DNA from: Chiloscyllium plagiosum
Taxonomy: Eukaryota
Length of the DNA stretch: 64,000 nt
Direction of reading: 5' to 3'
NCBI RefSeq assembly: GCF_004010195.1
Contig: NC_057750.1
Coordinates: 15,246,537 to 15,310,536 of the forward strand
Each line of letters begins with the position of its first letter. Position 1 is the stretch's first letter. The notes below the pieces were generated by a model. The model was not told the origin of the DNA. It saw only the letters and a list, made by a program, of their open reading frames with translations, and searched no databases. The translations under genes and the position numbers were made by a program. Below, piece by piece: positions 36,546 through 49,480 of this stretch.

Positions 36546-36700
36546 CGAGTTTCATCCGTTGCTATGAAAAGAACATCATCTGGTGCGTCGATCCAGTTCA
36601 TCCTCCTGCCCTTCATTGGGGGAAGGGACCCCGGCTTCAGCACTTTGGAGTTTCTTGAGTATGGTTTCCCATTAATCATGTAACCCCTGTTAATGGCAGT
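36546..36700 (-). CDS. MTA1-like exon
   Basis: gacag|TAINRGYMINGKPYSRNSKVLKPGSLPPMKGRRMNWIDAPDDVLFIATDET(R)|gtaatg; 155 nt; RRMNWIDAPDDV is MTA1-like. Confidence 0.93.
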
Positions 36701-37677
36701 CTGTCACAGGACACAAACAATTAGTATTCAGAAATACAAGATATGGATTAGCAAAAGAGGGAGGAAAGAAGGGAGAAAGAAACTGCAAGAACAGACCCGA
36801 GACCAAATGATTTCCACCATGGTGCTATACATTTGGGGATTATATAAAAGATGCCTACACGTAAACAGACACCTGATGATTGGCTGTAGCATTAGGAAGA
36901 GGCAGCCTCTGATGGGTTCCAGGGGTATTGCATGGAGCATCAGCCTCTATCCTGTGCTTGTGTTCATTGTTTGGCAATAAACCTACTCATTCGCACTTCA
37001 AACCAAACTCATATCCCCACGCGGAACTGTCAAACAGCAGAGAATGAAAACTTGGAACACACTTGCAAGCATCTGAAGAACGTGGTCTATAACTTGCCAA
37101 GGAAGATCAGAAGAAAAAGTAGGTAATTCAGCCCAGCTAGACTGCTCCGCTATTCAAGACAATTGAGGCTAATCTTAAGGCTTCAGATCTATTTTCTTCT
37201 CACTCCCCATATCCCTTGAACCCAGAGACAGCAAAAAGTTATTTCAGTTGTAAATACGTTGATTGAAGGAGCATTCCCAAACTTCTGGTGTGGAGAATCC
37301 TAAATATTCACAGCCCTTTAATAAGGTGAATAATTTTCTCATCTCAGTCGGAAATAATTGTCCCCCTATCCAGCGATTGTACTAATTTCTAGAATCCACA
37401 GACAATGTGAGTAACCTCTCATTGTTGAAACCCTTTCTCTTATTTTCCTAAATGTCAGAATATAGACCCAACTATCTCAGATCCTTATTATTGGGTGACC
37501 TTCCCATCCCAGGATTTAATCTAGTGAGCCTTTACTGTACCATCTTCAGTGGAAGTATATCCTTCCTGAATGGGGATGAAAATCAAGCACAGCATTCCAA
37601 GATTGGTCTGAATTATGTCCTGTGCAACTGGGTCAAGATTAGGGAATCTAATCTAATCATGAATATTTCTGAAATGC

Positions 37678-37972
37678 GGGGGCATGGTGGCTCAGTGGTT
37701 AGCACTGCTGCCTCACAGCGCCATTGACCCGGGTTCGATCCCAGCCTTGGGCGACTGTCTGTGTGGAGTTTGTACATTCGCCCAGTGTCTGCGTGGGTTT
37801 CCTCCGGGTGCTCCAGTTTCCTCCCACACTCCAAAGATGTGCAGGTTAGGTGGATTGGACACGCTAAATTGCCCATAGTGATAGGTGTATTAGTCAGGGG
37901 TAAATGTAGGGGAATGGGTCGGTGTGGACTTGTTGGGCCGAAGGGCCTATTACCATACTGTAGGGAATCTAA
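37678..37972 (+). mobile_element. tRNA-derived SINE (HE1/V-SINE-like)
   Basis: Full head, B box GGTTCGATCCC, central domain and tail. Confidence 0.85.
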
Positions 37973-38149
37973 TTTAAATACATCTTCATTCCTGTACACC
38001 AATCCCCTGATTATAAAAAGGCCAAATAGGCATTTGATTTCCTATTAGCTTGATGCATCTGCATTCTATCTTTGAGTTTCTTGTACAAGTACATCCATGT
38101 CTCTGTGACCACAGACAGTTACAATGTTTAAGTTTTTTTTCATGACCGA

Positions 38150-39340
38150 ATTGAATAGAAACATTGAAAATAGGAGGTAGTCTTTCGGCCCTTCGAGTCT
38201 GGTCCGCCATTCAACATGATCATGGCTAATCATCCAAATCCACCCCCTGTTCTGACTTTCTCCCATACCTCTGATCCCTTTAGCCTTAAGAACTAAACCC
38301 AACTCCTTGCTGAAAACATTCAAAAATGTTTTGGCCTCATCCGCTCAGTGGTAGTGAATTTCACAGGCTCGACACTTTCTGGGGGCATACATTTCTCATC
38401 TCAGTCCCAAGTGGTTTACACTGACCCCTACCTAAATTGAGACCCTGGTTCTGGACTCCCTGGTCATCAGAAACATCCCTCTTGCATTTACCCTGTCTAG
38501 TCCTGTTAGAATTTTAGAGGTTTCTGAGAGAACCATCTCATTCTTCTAAACTCCAATGAATATCATCCTAACCCATCTGTCTCTCTTTATATATCAGAAT
38601 ATACTCCATCGATGATTATTTTGTCCACTCAATTCGTTTCTCTTCGCAGCCTCCCCTGGTCCGAAGTACAGGCTATATTGCCATCCAGCTTTCTAACATT
38701 GGCAAGCTTGCACATATTACTTTAGATCTCTTCGACTAAGTCACGAACATGGATTGTAAATACGGAGGTCCCAGAACTGATCGTTGCACCACTCCATTAC
38801 AGCTCACCAACTTGAAGATACCCCTATTGTTCCTACTGCTTCCTGTTCATTAACCAAATGTTTCATCTGTGCCAATACTGTATACCATCCCAGCTCCATT
38901 AGTTCTTATTTGTACCTCAGTGAATAAGACTTGGAAATCCAAGCCCAGGATATCGACTGGTTTCCCCTTTATCCATCCCATTAGTTACGTATTCAAAAAC
39001 TCAAATTTGCCAAACAGCTATCCCTATATAAAAAAAATTTGATTTACTCTAATCATAGTTTGGGGTCGTAAGTACATTATTAAGGCATTGTTAACAGAGC
39101 CCAGTTCTTTCCTTTTGACAGGTGTCACGCTAAGTGACCTGTAGCTTCCAGTTTTCTCTCTCCTTCCTTTCTCAAAAGGTGGTGCTACATTTGTTAAATT
39201 CTAATCTGCTGGGACTAATCTGGAAATGAGAGAATTATAGAAAATCATGGCGGTGTATCCACTACCTCTTGAGAAATGCCAACATGCAGGCTCTCTGGTC
39301 CTGGGGAATGGCTGGTTTTAGTCCCTCAAGTTTCTCCAGT
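38150..39340 (-). mobile_element. Degenerate CR1 LINE fragments
   Basis: 3' tail and scattered ORF2 similarity to other CR1 copies in the window. Confidence 0.6.
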
Positions 39341-39703
39341 ACTTCTCCTCTCCCCATATTCATTACCTTAATTTCCTCAACGTTGGGGATTTTCCAGATG
39401 AGCAGTTGACTGGCTGCACAATTCTCATGATTTGGGATTACTGGAATTATTCTACCCCTATACTCCACTGGATACAATAGGAATGAGCATTGCGAAGTCT
39501 GGGGTGGTTAAGGCACTTACATTTGTCAGTACTCATCATGTACTTGAGTCCCGAAGTCCACTTGACTCCACCTAATACTGTGATGTACCTAGTCTGAGAG
39601 TTTTCTATGGTGACAGTGCCTCAAATGGAATTCCTCTCATTACCGCAAGAAATGAAAAACTGTATAAATTAAGAGATGCATTACTTGTTTAAAAAAAACT
39701 TAC

Positions 39704-39729
39704 CATTTGTCTCACTTGTCCATGATTTG
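39704..39729 (-). CDS. MTA1-like microexon
   Basis: gtttag|(A)NHGQVRQM|gtaagt; 26 nt; compare MTA1 GLANHGQARHM. 5' boundary uncertain (39729 versus 39735, see findings). Confidence 0.8.
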
Positions 39730-41090
39730 CTAAACGTAAAAAAAAACAGAATCAGTAGAGTGTTTGATGATTACAGAAGGATGTACAATTCCGCACTCTC
39801 TGTTTGCAGACTCTCTCTCTCACATGCACGGGTCCATGGTAAAATAGTCATACAGCCTCTGGGAAAACCAGTCCGATGTGTGTGACTGAATCTTCCTCAC
39901 CTCAAAGACCTTGCACCCAGGCTCTGATGGACATTCTTAACATGAAGTGTTTTTGAATACCCAAGCCTCAGTGCTAATGATCAAATTCATAATAAATGAC
40001 AACGTCACGCTGACAAATTGCCTATTCTGACGTGTCTTCCTTGTTTTGCTAAGTTGAACACCCAGAGATCACACAGCCGTTTTCATTACCCCTGGAGCTC
40101 ACCAATGATGCTGTGTGTGAAAACAATGTACTGGAGTTCAGGCACAGACCTCTTCTGAGATAGGTCGCAGGTTTGCTCCCTGGTTGAGGCAGGAAGCAAG
40201 ACAACAGCACGAGGACATCCCCTTCAAGCTGTGTCACTGGGTCTGTGTGGAATTGATACTCAGGGCATACAGGAGGGGACATCACAGGGATGTTTGATAC
40301 TCAGGGCTTACAGGAGGGGACATCACTGGGATGAATTCTCCTGATTGCTTGGCTGTAAATAGCAATTATGCTGACTGCAAATGAACAGCATCAGTCTCGA
40401 TGTACTTCTCTATCCTTGGCGAGACAACCAATGGCAAGTTGTGCTTATGGAATTAAATGCAGGAGAGGAGAACAGGCAAAAGCATCCCCTGAGCTTCAGA
40501 TTACATCCAACAGTGAACTTTGTACATAAGGGCTTAATTTCAGAATACTGAGGTATCAAATCTCCAAACAGAGAGGCAGGAAACAGAGCAGCACCATGGT
40601 TGGGATAGGTGTGTCAATAGGTCATTGCTGAAATTGGATAGAAAGACAGCTAAAATGTGGGAAGAAGTTTACTGTATTGAGAGATAATAATAAAGTTGAT
40701 GCAAGGTTTAAACATCACTCTTGTGGAATGTGGCAGGAAACAAACCATCCCACAACTGCCTAAAAGGATGGGGAGCTTGAGCTTGAGATCTCTGAACACA
40801 AGGGACAGTCACCATGGCTGACATGGGGAGGGGATGCGGGGGGAAAGAGCAAGATTCTTCTCCTGCAAAGTGGAGGGTAATTATCAACTGTAATTAGGTG
40901 CTAAGGAATGAAAACTCTTTGAATTGTCTTTTAATTGGACTTCAGTCCCCACCTCCTCTGGTTTGTTGTACTCATCAGGTTAACAACTGCACAATCTCAC
41001 TAGCACCGCAAGTTTCAGATCCACGGACTACTGCCTGGATTCTCAGCTCACCTTAACCACACAGCACATTTCTCATTCCCCTTCCCCTCA

Positions 41091-41300
41091 GAGTCATAGA
41101 GACGTACAGCATGGAAACAGAGCCTTCGGTCCAACCCATCCATGCCGACCAGATATCCCAACCCAATCTAGTCCCACCTGCCAGCACCCGGCCCATATCC
41201 CTCCAAACCCTTCCTATTCATATACCCATCCAAATGCCTCTTAAATGTTGCAATTATACCAGCCTCCACCACTTCCTCTGGCAGCTCATTCCATACACGA
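41091..41300 (-). mobile_element. CR1/HER1 3' tail
   Basis: Near-identical to 22243-22382 and to the reverse complement of about 10120-10328. Confidence 0.85.
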
Positions 41301-43952
41301 ACAACTTGTCAGCCTTTTTTTATTTTTCAATTTATTTCAACAAAACTTCTGAACTGAAATTCAAGAGGCTGAGTCTCGCACAGAAGTCCTGGAGTTAACG
41401 CTGTCAGACACAGTTACTGAATTATTCAATTCTCATTAATTCCTTGAAGTAAAAGTGCAATACATGAGTTTTAAAACTTTACTAGATTGTGGAGTTTGAT
41501 TAGGTCAGACTAATATCTTTCCATGTGGAGTTAGTAAATTCCTAAACTGGGATTTATATCAAGTAGAACTGAGAAGGCACCATTTATGCCCAACTAATGA
41601 ACTCCCACCAATATTCTCAATCATCCCCAATGAGTGAAGACACCAATTACATAGTACAGCTGCCAGCTACAGCAACAGTCCCAAAAGAATTCCCCACATT
41701 TCCACAAAGACTATCATCTAGCTTTGAACTGAGAAATTCCCACTCCTCTTACAAACAGCCTTGAAGCAAAAGGCTGATTCCAGTGTCAAAGATGGGCTGT
41801 GAAATGGGGCACCGTTCTGAGGTACATCACCCTTGGACAGCTGGAACAAGTGGCTGTTGAAAAGGATTGGCAGTGATGATATACAAAGCAGGTGTCACTT
41901 ACTTATCCACCCCATTCATTCACCAACCGTCTCTACTTTTCGAGTCAGAGCCCAATCTGTGCAGATTGGTTTCAAAAAGGTTCCAGCTCTCCTGAGGTGA
42001 GATATGGGGTGGCAGTGGGATAGCTGTATTGTGCTGATTCTACAAGAATGTGCCAGATAAAAACAACCTAGTGTACTCTGCACTACACACCATGAGATTA
42101 TAGCATGCACAGACTCCACAGTACCAAAGGGAGCTGGAAAGCTCACTGTTGACTCCCCAAATAATCATCTCATACAAGCTTCAAATACCTTATTGTTCAA
42201 TAAATTTTATGCTGGCCGGGAAATTGCTCGATATTTCAGTAGGGCTGAGTGTCAGAGCAGGGGGTTAAGTGCTAACGGTCAACCCTGAGATATGGGTCAA
42301 GGTCAGTCTTGACAAATATAATGAAACTTCCTTGGCTGGAAGGCTCCCACGTGAGATGAACCAATGGCTCAAAGCACAAATCACTCCCAATTGTCAATTT
42401 CACCCAAAACAGACACAGGACATTGAGGAAACATCACTGGTACAGTGAAGGACCATGTTTTGAGGTTGGAGCAGAATAGAGGAGATTAACTTGAACCAAG
42501 ACGCATGATCTGGGCTCCTCGATGCTGACCCTCAAAACTTGCAGGAAGAATCAGATGAAAACAGCACAATGATGAAAGAGGAGTTGCTGAATTGATGGAC
42601 AATGGTCTGCCTTATGCAACAATGAGCTGCCGAAATTGAGTTAAGTCATTCTTAAATCAAAATACAGTACATTTCTTTCAGACTCTGGATAACAACCAGC
42701 TAACAGACATAAGATGACAACCAAGCAGGAAAATGCACTAACACATACAATACAGTGACCAACATATACTTCTGTGGTTTACAGGCAACTGTCCTTCACA
42801 TTACCGCTGCCGAGGTCATCACGTGGTTTGCAAAGAGTAGGGGAGCTGGTGCCCACTTCATTCAAAAGATTTGAATAGCAAAGTCACTGCATGGTATACA
42901 TTACACACACAATAATAAACAGCAAGGCAGTTAAAAGCAGTTGCATAAATCATGAGGACTGGGTGCCACTCAATCATATAACTGCCTTGCAGCTTCAATT
43001 GTTGTACACATAATGGGTCACAGATCTGAGAAAACAAGTGAGGCATAAGCCAGGAGTATGGCAAACCGATAACACTCCAAAACATCCACAAACCACCTCA
43101 AAGAGCCAGGCGAAGATTAATTTAAAAAGCAGCCACAATTCTCTCAACCCCTCACCATCACTGCCAAAATCTGAAATAGCTTCAGGTCTGCAAATCCATC
43201 CCCAGCCACCCCAGCATCTACTGCAAGACAGAGTCCATGTTTGAAGCTTGAATCTGATCTTGCCAGCCTCCTATTCTTCATGGTGAAGATTCTGGTTGAC
43301 TATGTAATTAGTTCCACAGACATCGGGAAGCTGACAACTCATCCCTACTGAGCCAGTTCACCCAAAGAGCCATCCCAGTGTGAAAAGGGCATTGGGCATG
43401 AATAGCTAAGCTGTGCTGATCCAGCCTTTGTTTCAGGTACTCTTAAGGACTGTCCCGATTGAGCACTGGACAGAGGCCATGAGCAGAAACTCTAGCCAAT
43501 CCTGATCCCAGCTTACCCAGAACAATCGCAGCACTTCACTAGCCTCTTTTGACTAGTTACTGCAGCACAAAGTAGGACAGAACCAGAAACTTTCTGGTTT
43601 ACAGTGCTCAGTATCCCATTTGCCTAGACCAGCCAGGGGAGAGGAAATTCTCCCCTGTGGCCTGACAATTACCAGGAATATTCCTTACTTATTGTGCTGG
43701 ACTGGACAAGCATCAACTGCTCTGTGTAAGTGATCACCACTTCACTATTAGCTATTCTGCCGAACAGTGTGCAAGAGTGCAGCACAGACATTAGACCAAT
43801 ATTTCTAGGCGGTGCAAGATCCTTGTGACTGAAGTTTTATTGCAGGAACTCTGGCACAAGGACAAGCTGAGCCTGTAATCTGCCAATCTCAGACCCTTCA
43901 CTTCCACCCTCTGCCAGCTCCTTCTCAACTCTAGAACAGTGGGTGCTTATTT

Positions 43953-44163
43953 TTAGATTAGATTACTTACAGTGTGGAAACAGGCCCTTCGGCCCAACAA
44001 GTCCACACCGACCCGCCGAAGCGCAACCCACTCATACCCCTACATTTACCCCTTTAACCTAACACTACGGGCAATTTAGCATGGCCAATTCACCTGACCC
44101 GCACATCTTTGGACTGTGGGAGGAAACCGGAGCACCCGGAGGAAACCCACGCAGACACGGGGA
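43953..44163 (-). mobile_element. 5'-truncated HE1/V-SINE-like SINE
   Basis: Reverse complement of the SINE central domain and tail; retains many CpGs, suggesting a young copy. Confidence 0.85.
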
Positions 44164-44666
44164 GCATGTCTAGAGCATATTCTAGAGCATGAACACTATA
44201 AAAGTGACCTGGAAAAGGTGTCAATCAGGTATGATGCTCATTGTTCAAAGCACAGTACAAATAACACCTCAAAGAAACAACTCTTTCTAGAATTTAGTTA
44301 AGGCTGCTTGGACCTATTGAAACTGGGGAGCAGCACACAGTACTCGTGAGTGGAAATACATACTTTAACCACGTGTTCCTGAATGCAGAAGGAATTTGTT
44401 CCCATATATTTCACGAAGGTGTCTCTCACTGCATAAACTCAGGTGGAAATATCAGAGTCATTCAACATGCCCTTCACAAGATCCAGCAGTAGCCTCAATG
44501 GTGTTTTGGAGTTCTCAAGCTGATTAGCAAATAAATCCATGAGCAGGAGGCTGTTTTGGAGGTTATCAAAGCCGGAAGGGGTAGGGGGTGGTTTGCAAGG
44601 GGAGCAACAACACAAAGCACTCACGATGAGCGTGTAGCCGTGAGCACGACTGCGCGATTGTCTTAC

Positions 44667-44702
44667 CCCTAAACGGCATCAACAGACGTTTCTTCATAGT
44701 GC
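44667..44702 (-). CDS. MTA1-like small exon
   Basis: ccag|(G)TMKKRLLMPFR|gtaaga; 36 nt; compare MTA1 GNMKKRLLMPSR. Confidence 0.88.
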
Positions 44703-45217
44703 CTGGTAAACAAGGACCAACAGACAGTAATGAAGAACATTTATAGAATACCACATACAGTTAAGCTGACACATGACCTAACTGAAGTGAGCAAGGGCGA
44801 ACCATCTGTAAACTCGTCCATACGAGCTGGAGCTTCTCAGTCACACAAGCACTTCACGCAGTTTGAGCTGCAACATGAGTTGTCAGCGAACTGAGAAGCA
44901 TGAATGGGAGAACTGTTGGGATATTGACGTCGTGTCAACTCAAGCGAAAGTGTGTATTCTGATTCAAGAAATGGGAATCATTTCAGTTCAATGGTCGAGC
45001 GCCTCAAGCTGGGCACCCAAGTCACAATCTTTGGTCTGAAGTCAGCGTGAACAGGTTACTGTTAAGGAGATCTCACGTCCCAATGCCCATCACTACAACT
45101 GAATCACCTGCTTCGTGTTTACAGCACAAAGGATGTTCTCAGGAACTACAGCTAAGGACTGCCGAAGTGGGTACTCGAGCTGCCCAGATACCCGTTTATT
45201 CTGTATGATATACTGAC

Positions 45218-45361
45218 CATCAATACCATTGTGCTGCTCGTATCCTCGCTTGCCCAGAATAGTTGGAGAACCATGGTTTAAGACAGGGGGCATCTTGGCA
45301 GGAGTCACACTGCCTGAATGTACAGGCAGACTGGGAACAGTCTTAACAGGTGGATGGAGCT
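45218..45361 (-). CDS. MTA1-like exon
   Basis: ttcag|(E)LHPPVKTVPSLPVHSGSVTPAKMPPVLNHGSPTILGKRGYEQHNGID|gtcagt; 144 nt; the GSPTILGKRxYEQHNG motif is MTA1-like. Confidence 0.92.
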
Positions 45362-45732
45362 CTGAAGGGTAAAAAGGAACATGTTTCATAATGTATTCAG
45401 TTACAACCCCAGCAAGTCCAAGTCTTGCCTGCTGTACAATTTCTGCTTCACACCAGAGTGTTACCCACTTCATGAGTAAGACGGTCAGACAATACCAAAC
45501 ACAGAACACCTGGCTGATATTTCCCCTAATTAGAAGCAAAACCCTTCTGTAGATGTTGGAAATCTGAAACAGAAAATGATGGAAGTACTCAGGAGTCTTG
45601 GCTGAACTAGGGGCTTGTATTTTTTTTGCTATAGGCAATTGCTGGAGAAATTGGATCATGATGCTTAAACAAATTTGAGTAGGACTTTATTGCCAATGGG
45701 AGGATTACAGTCAACCTGTTGTTTTGCGGTGG

Positions 45733-45934
45733 TCAAAGTCAGAAGTCACATGATACCAGGTTATAGTCCAACAGGTTTATTTGAAATCACAAGCTTTTGG
45801 AGTGCTGCTCCTTCATCGGGTAAGCAATGCTCCGAAAACCTGTGATTTCAAATAAACCTGTTGGCACTATAAACTGATGTTGTGTAACTTCTGACTTTGT
45901 CCACTCCAGTCCAACACCGGCATCTCCACATCAT
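45733..45934. mobile_element. Fold-back Penelope-like insertion (related to 21594-22084)
   Basis: Inverted arms CCAACAGGTTTATTTGAAATCACA / TGTGATTTCAAATAAACCTGTTGG; decayed hammerhead cores; no clean TSD. Confidence 0.7.
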
Positions 45935-46725
45935 TTTCCTGTGGTGAGACACATGGTTCTTGGATGTGAACCATTTGTCCAACCTTCAGGTCCCATTACT
46001 ATCTGCTCGTGACAGATTACACACTGCGTCATGGTCAACTCAATTATGTACTTATGGGATGTGGACATGTTGACAAGATTAACATGTTGCCCATCCCTAC
46101 TTGTCCTTCAAATAAACTTGCGAAGTCATTTCAGGGGACAGTTAAGAGTCAACCACATTGCTGTGGGTCTCAAGTCACATGTAGGATTTCTGAAAGGACA
46201 AGTTGGGTTTACTGAGACTAATTTTCAATTCCAGATTTTATTACAGCAAACAATCATTTCAACAGCATCTTATAAACTGGCACCCTTGATAAACCAGTAA
46301 AAATTATACACCTGAAATACAGGAAGTTTACTGCATTATCATGATCTCCACGATGTTGGAGTAGTCAGTTGAGAGTTTGAGTAAGAAGGCTCTCTGCCAT
46401 TAAGTTTTATTTCAGGCAAAAGTTGCATTACTATTCAAGAGATTTATGCTGTAAATAAGGTATAACAAGCAATACATACACCCCCTGCATTACATTTCTA
46501 TTACGATGTGCATGTTTTTACATTGACTGGAAGGAACTCTTGATCAAGTGGTACACTCCTGGTCCCACAGGTGGTTAATTAAAAGTTTGCTACAGTTGAA
46601 TTTAAATTATCTAGTGATATAAACACAATGCCACCATTTCCCAGTGAAGTTTGTACAGATGAAACTTGGTACATGAGTTATAAGTCAGTGAACTAGATTG
46701 TACATGCGTACATGCGATTGCTTAC

Positions 46726-46815
46726 CCAGGTACTTGACTATGGATTCCAATGACTTCCTGATGAAAGGTTTGAGCTTAATTGCCTTCTCCCCGATTTCTG
46801 GAAGTCGAGCAGTGC
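46726..46815 (-). CDS. MTA1-like exon
   Basis: catag|(C)TARLPEIGEKAIKLKPFIRKSLESIVKYL|gtaagc; 90 nt; aligns with MTA1 CTARLPE...RKPLEAVLRYL. Confidence 0.9.
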
Positions 46816-49480
46816 CTATGAGGTTAAGAATGCAATGTTAGCAGGAGCCAAAGATAGCAACATAGTTGTACTTCAGTTCGGTCAAACTGTGAACCAGGAA
46901 CCAACAAAACACATTCGTCATAACACACATCAGCAGCAGCGTAATTTGTAAACCCATGACTGGACTAGTACAGATTGCTGAGGGGAAGGGGAGAAGCCAA
47001 TGATAAAATACATTATTCTGGCATATAATTCTGCAAGTATCTGCACTCAATTATAAAACTCAGGTACGAAAGAATAATCTCATAAATAAAGAGGCAAAAC
47101 TGGCCCTTTAAAAGTTTTCCATCAAACATTTCAAAAGCTAGGTACAACACTCGTATTCCAATACGCAGACTGGACAGAAATGCAGCTACTACAGAGAAAC
47201 ACCTTGCAAAGTAGTGTTTTCTAAGGAAATATAATTAAACAGTACGGTTTTAATGCTGGGAGGTGGTTAAAATTGAGTGACCAGGAGATGAACATACACA
47301 ACTTTTAAAGATGGCAGAGGAAGTTGATAAAGTTATGTGGATTCTCTACCTTCTCAATAGAGGAGATAAAAAGGTAGAAGCAAGGGAGTTGCACTAAATT
47401 GTTATGGATCACTGGTTAGGCCTCAAGCTCAAACATTCTCCTGAATTCTGGGCAAAATTCTTTTGGAAGGGTGTCAAGGTCACAGCATAACTTAGAGCAC
47501 AGGAAGTGGTCATTCAGCTCTTCATGTACCTGCCAATTCTCCGTGGAACAATCCAGTCAGTCCTTTAACTGCTCTGCCCCTGGAGTCCAAGTTTGTTTGC
47601 TCAGAGTGGTTGTCCAATTTCATTTTGAAAACAGTCATGTCCATTTTCACTAATTAATACTTAGTGATTTTTAAATTGACGGGATGTGGATGTCACTGGC
47701 TTAGGCCAGCATTTATTAGCCACCCCTAATTGCCCAGAGGGCTGTTAAAAGTCAACTTTATAGGTAGCAAGTTCCAGGTTATTACCACTTAACGTGGGGG
47801 GAAAAAAATTCTTCCCAACACTGCCCCTGCATCTCTTGCCCAAAATCTAAAATCAGCAAAGAGGGGATTTTGGACACTGGTGCCAGGGATAAGGGACCTG
47901 GACTCTGTGGAGATAGGAGGAGTTGGACTCGCTCTCCTGTTAGGACAGAAAGTTCAGAGGGATTACATCTCTCCTCCAAGCCACACACCATCCTGACTTT
48001 GAATTATATCGCCAGTTCTTCACTGTTACTGAGTCAAAATGATCGAGTTCCCTTCCACATAGAACTGTGGGTCTATCAACACCCATGGATTGCAGCAGTT
48101 CAATAGTGCAGCTCATCACCACTTGATCAAGGTTCTTACTAATTGGCAATAAATATTGGCCTTACATTCCTTGAAGAAAAATTTGACAAGTTCAAATTCC
48201 TCCAATTAGGAATGGTGGAACGCAACTTAATAAATAAATCAATATTTAAAGTTCATTCACGGGATGAAGGTGTCACTGACCAGACCAACATTTATTGGCC
48301 ATTCTTAATTGCTCAGAAAGCAGTTAAGAGTCAACCACATTGCTGTGGGTCTGGAGTCAACTATAGGCCAGACCAGGTAAAGATGGCAGTTTCTTTCCCG
48401 AAAGGACATGAGTGATCCAGAGGAGTTTTGCTGACAATTGGCAAAGGATCTTTAGACTCTTAACTGGCAAGACTTGAACTTGGGTCTCTGAATTACTAGT
48501 TCAGCAATAACACCTCCAGGTCATTGCTTTCCAAGTAATGATAACCATGAAATTCTGATATAGAGACTAGCATGGTTTGGGGAAGGAAACTTATCATTCT
48601 TCCCCAGTCTGGGCCTTATGTGACTTCAGATCCACATCAATAATCATTTGACTGGTCCTCTGAACTGGTGCAGATGGGCCATAACTAGGGAAGGGCAACA
48701 AATGCTGCCCTTGGCGGTGACAGCCCATATCCCATCAGTGTCCTACACCTTATGGAAGAACTAATCAAAACACATTAGTTTCCAAGAAAGTGTGAGATAT
48801 CTGAAGAACTGGAGAAAACAATTCCTTGTCAGAACTTTGAGGGAGCTCAGAACCGTATAAGAACAATATGGCCCTGCCTGCAGTATGACTGCAAGGTTGT
48901 ATTTTATTAGCACCACAATCTTTACTGAGCTTTAACAGGGAGCAACACTTACTTGCACATTAAAACTTGTAACTTCTATTAAACACATCCCCAATCCTGA
49001 GTCTCAACTGTCAATGGCAACAGACTGTGAAATGAATCTCAGGGGCAAGGGGAATCATGGTTCATAGGTAGGCCAACAGTTTTCAATAGCTGAGTGGCAT
49101 TTAGGAGTTGCTTGAAGTGACAGAAGAGATTTCAAAGAAAGCATCTGTCCTCGCATTGCATACATGTGGTTTCACCAGTCCTAGAGTTCAACAAGGTTAA
49201 ATGAATCACAAACAGCAAAACATGCAACTTAGACGGCATTGATGAGGGTGACTACGTTAATCACAGTGTTGTAACAATATGATACTGGTGCACAATTCGG
49301 TGTGGAGTTGTTTGAGAGAGAGTTCAGACCCCGAGTGACAATGGTAGACAGGTACAATTGGAGTCCTGGTCACCATCTCCTGAATGCTGAACTGACCTCC
49401 TGTTTCTGCTTTGCTGTTCAGGACCAGCTGCTTGTTGTTAACACCCATCAACCAACTTGATTCAAATGTGATCACGGTAA

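Noticed and set aside
39901..39973. Possible extra 73-nt MTA cassette exon (attag| ... |gtgagg)
   Set aside because: Poor polypyrimidine tract, frame-shifting length and no similarity to MTA proteins.
40254..40326. Two-copy direct repeat TGATACTCAGGGC.TACAGGAGGGGACATCAC
   Set aside because: Simple local tandem duplication with no other supporting structure.
44757..45062. Possible old TIR element starting TACAGT
   Set aside because: Terminal inverted similarity is too weak to support a call.
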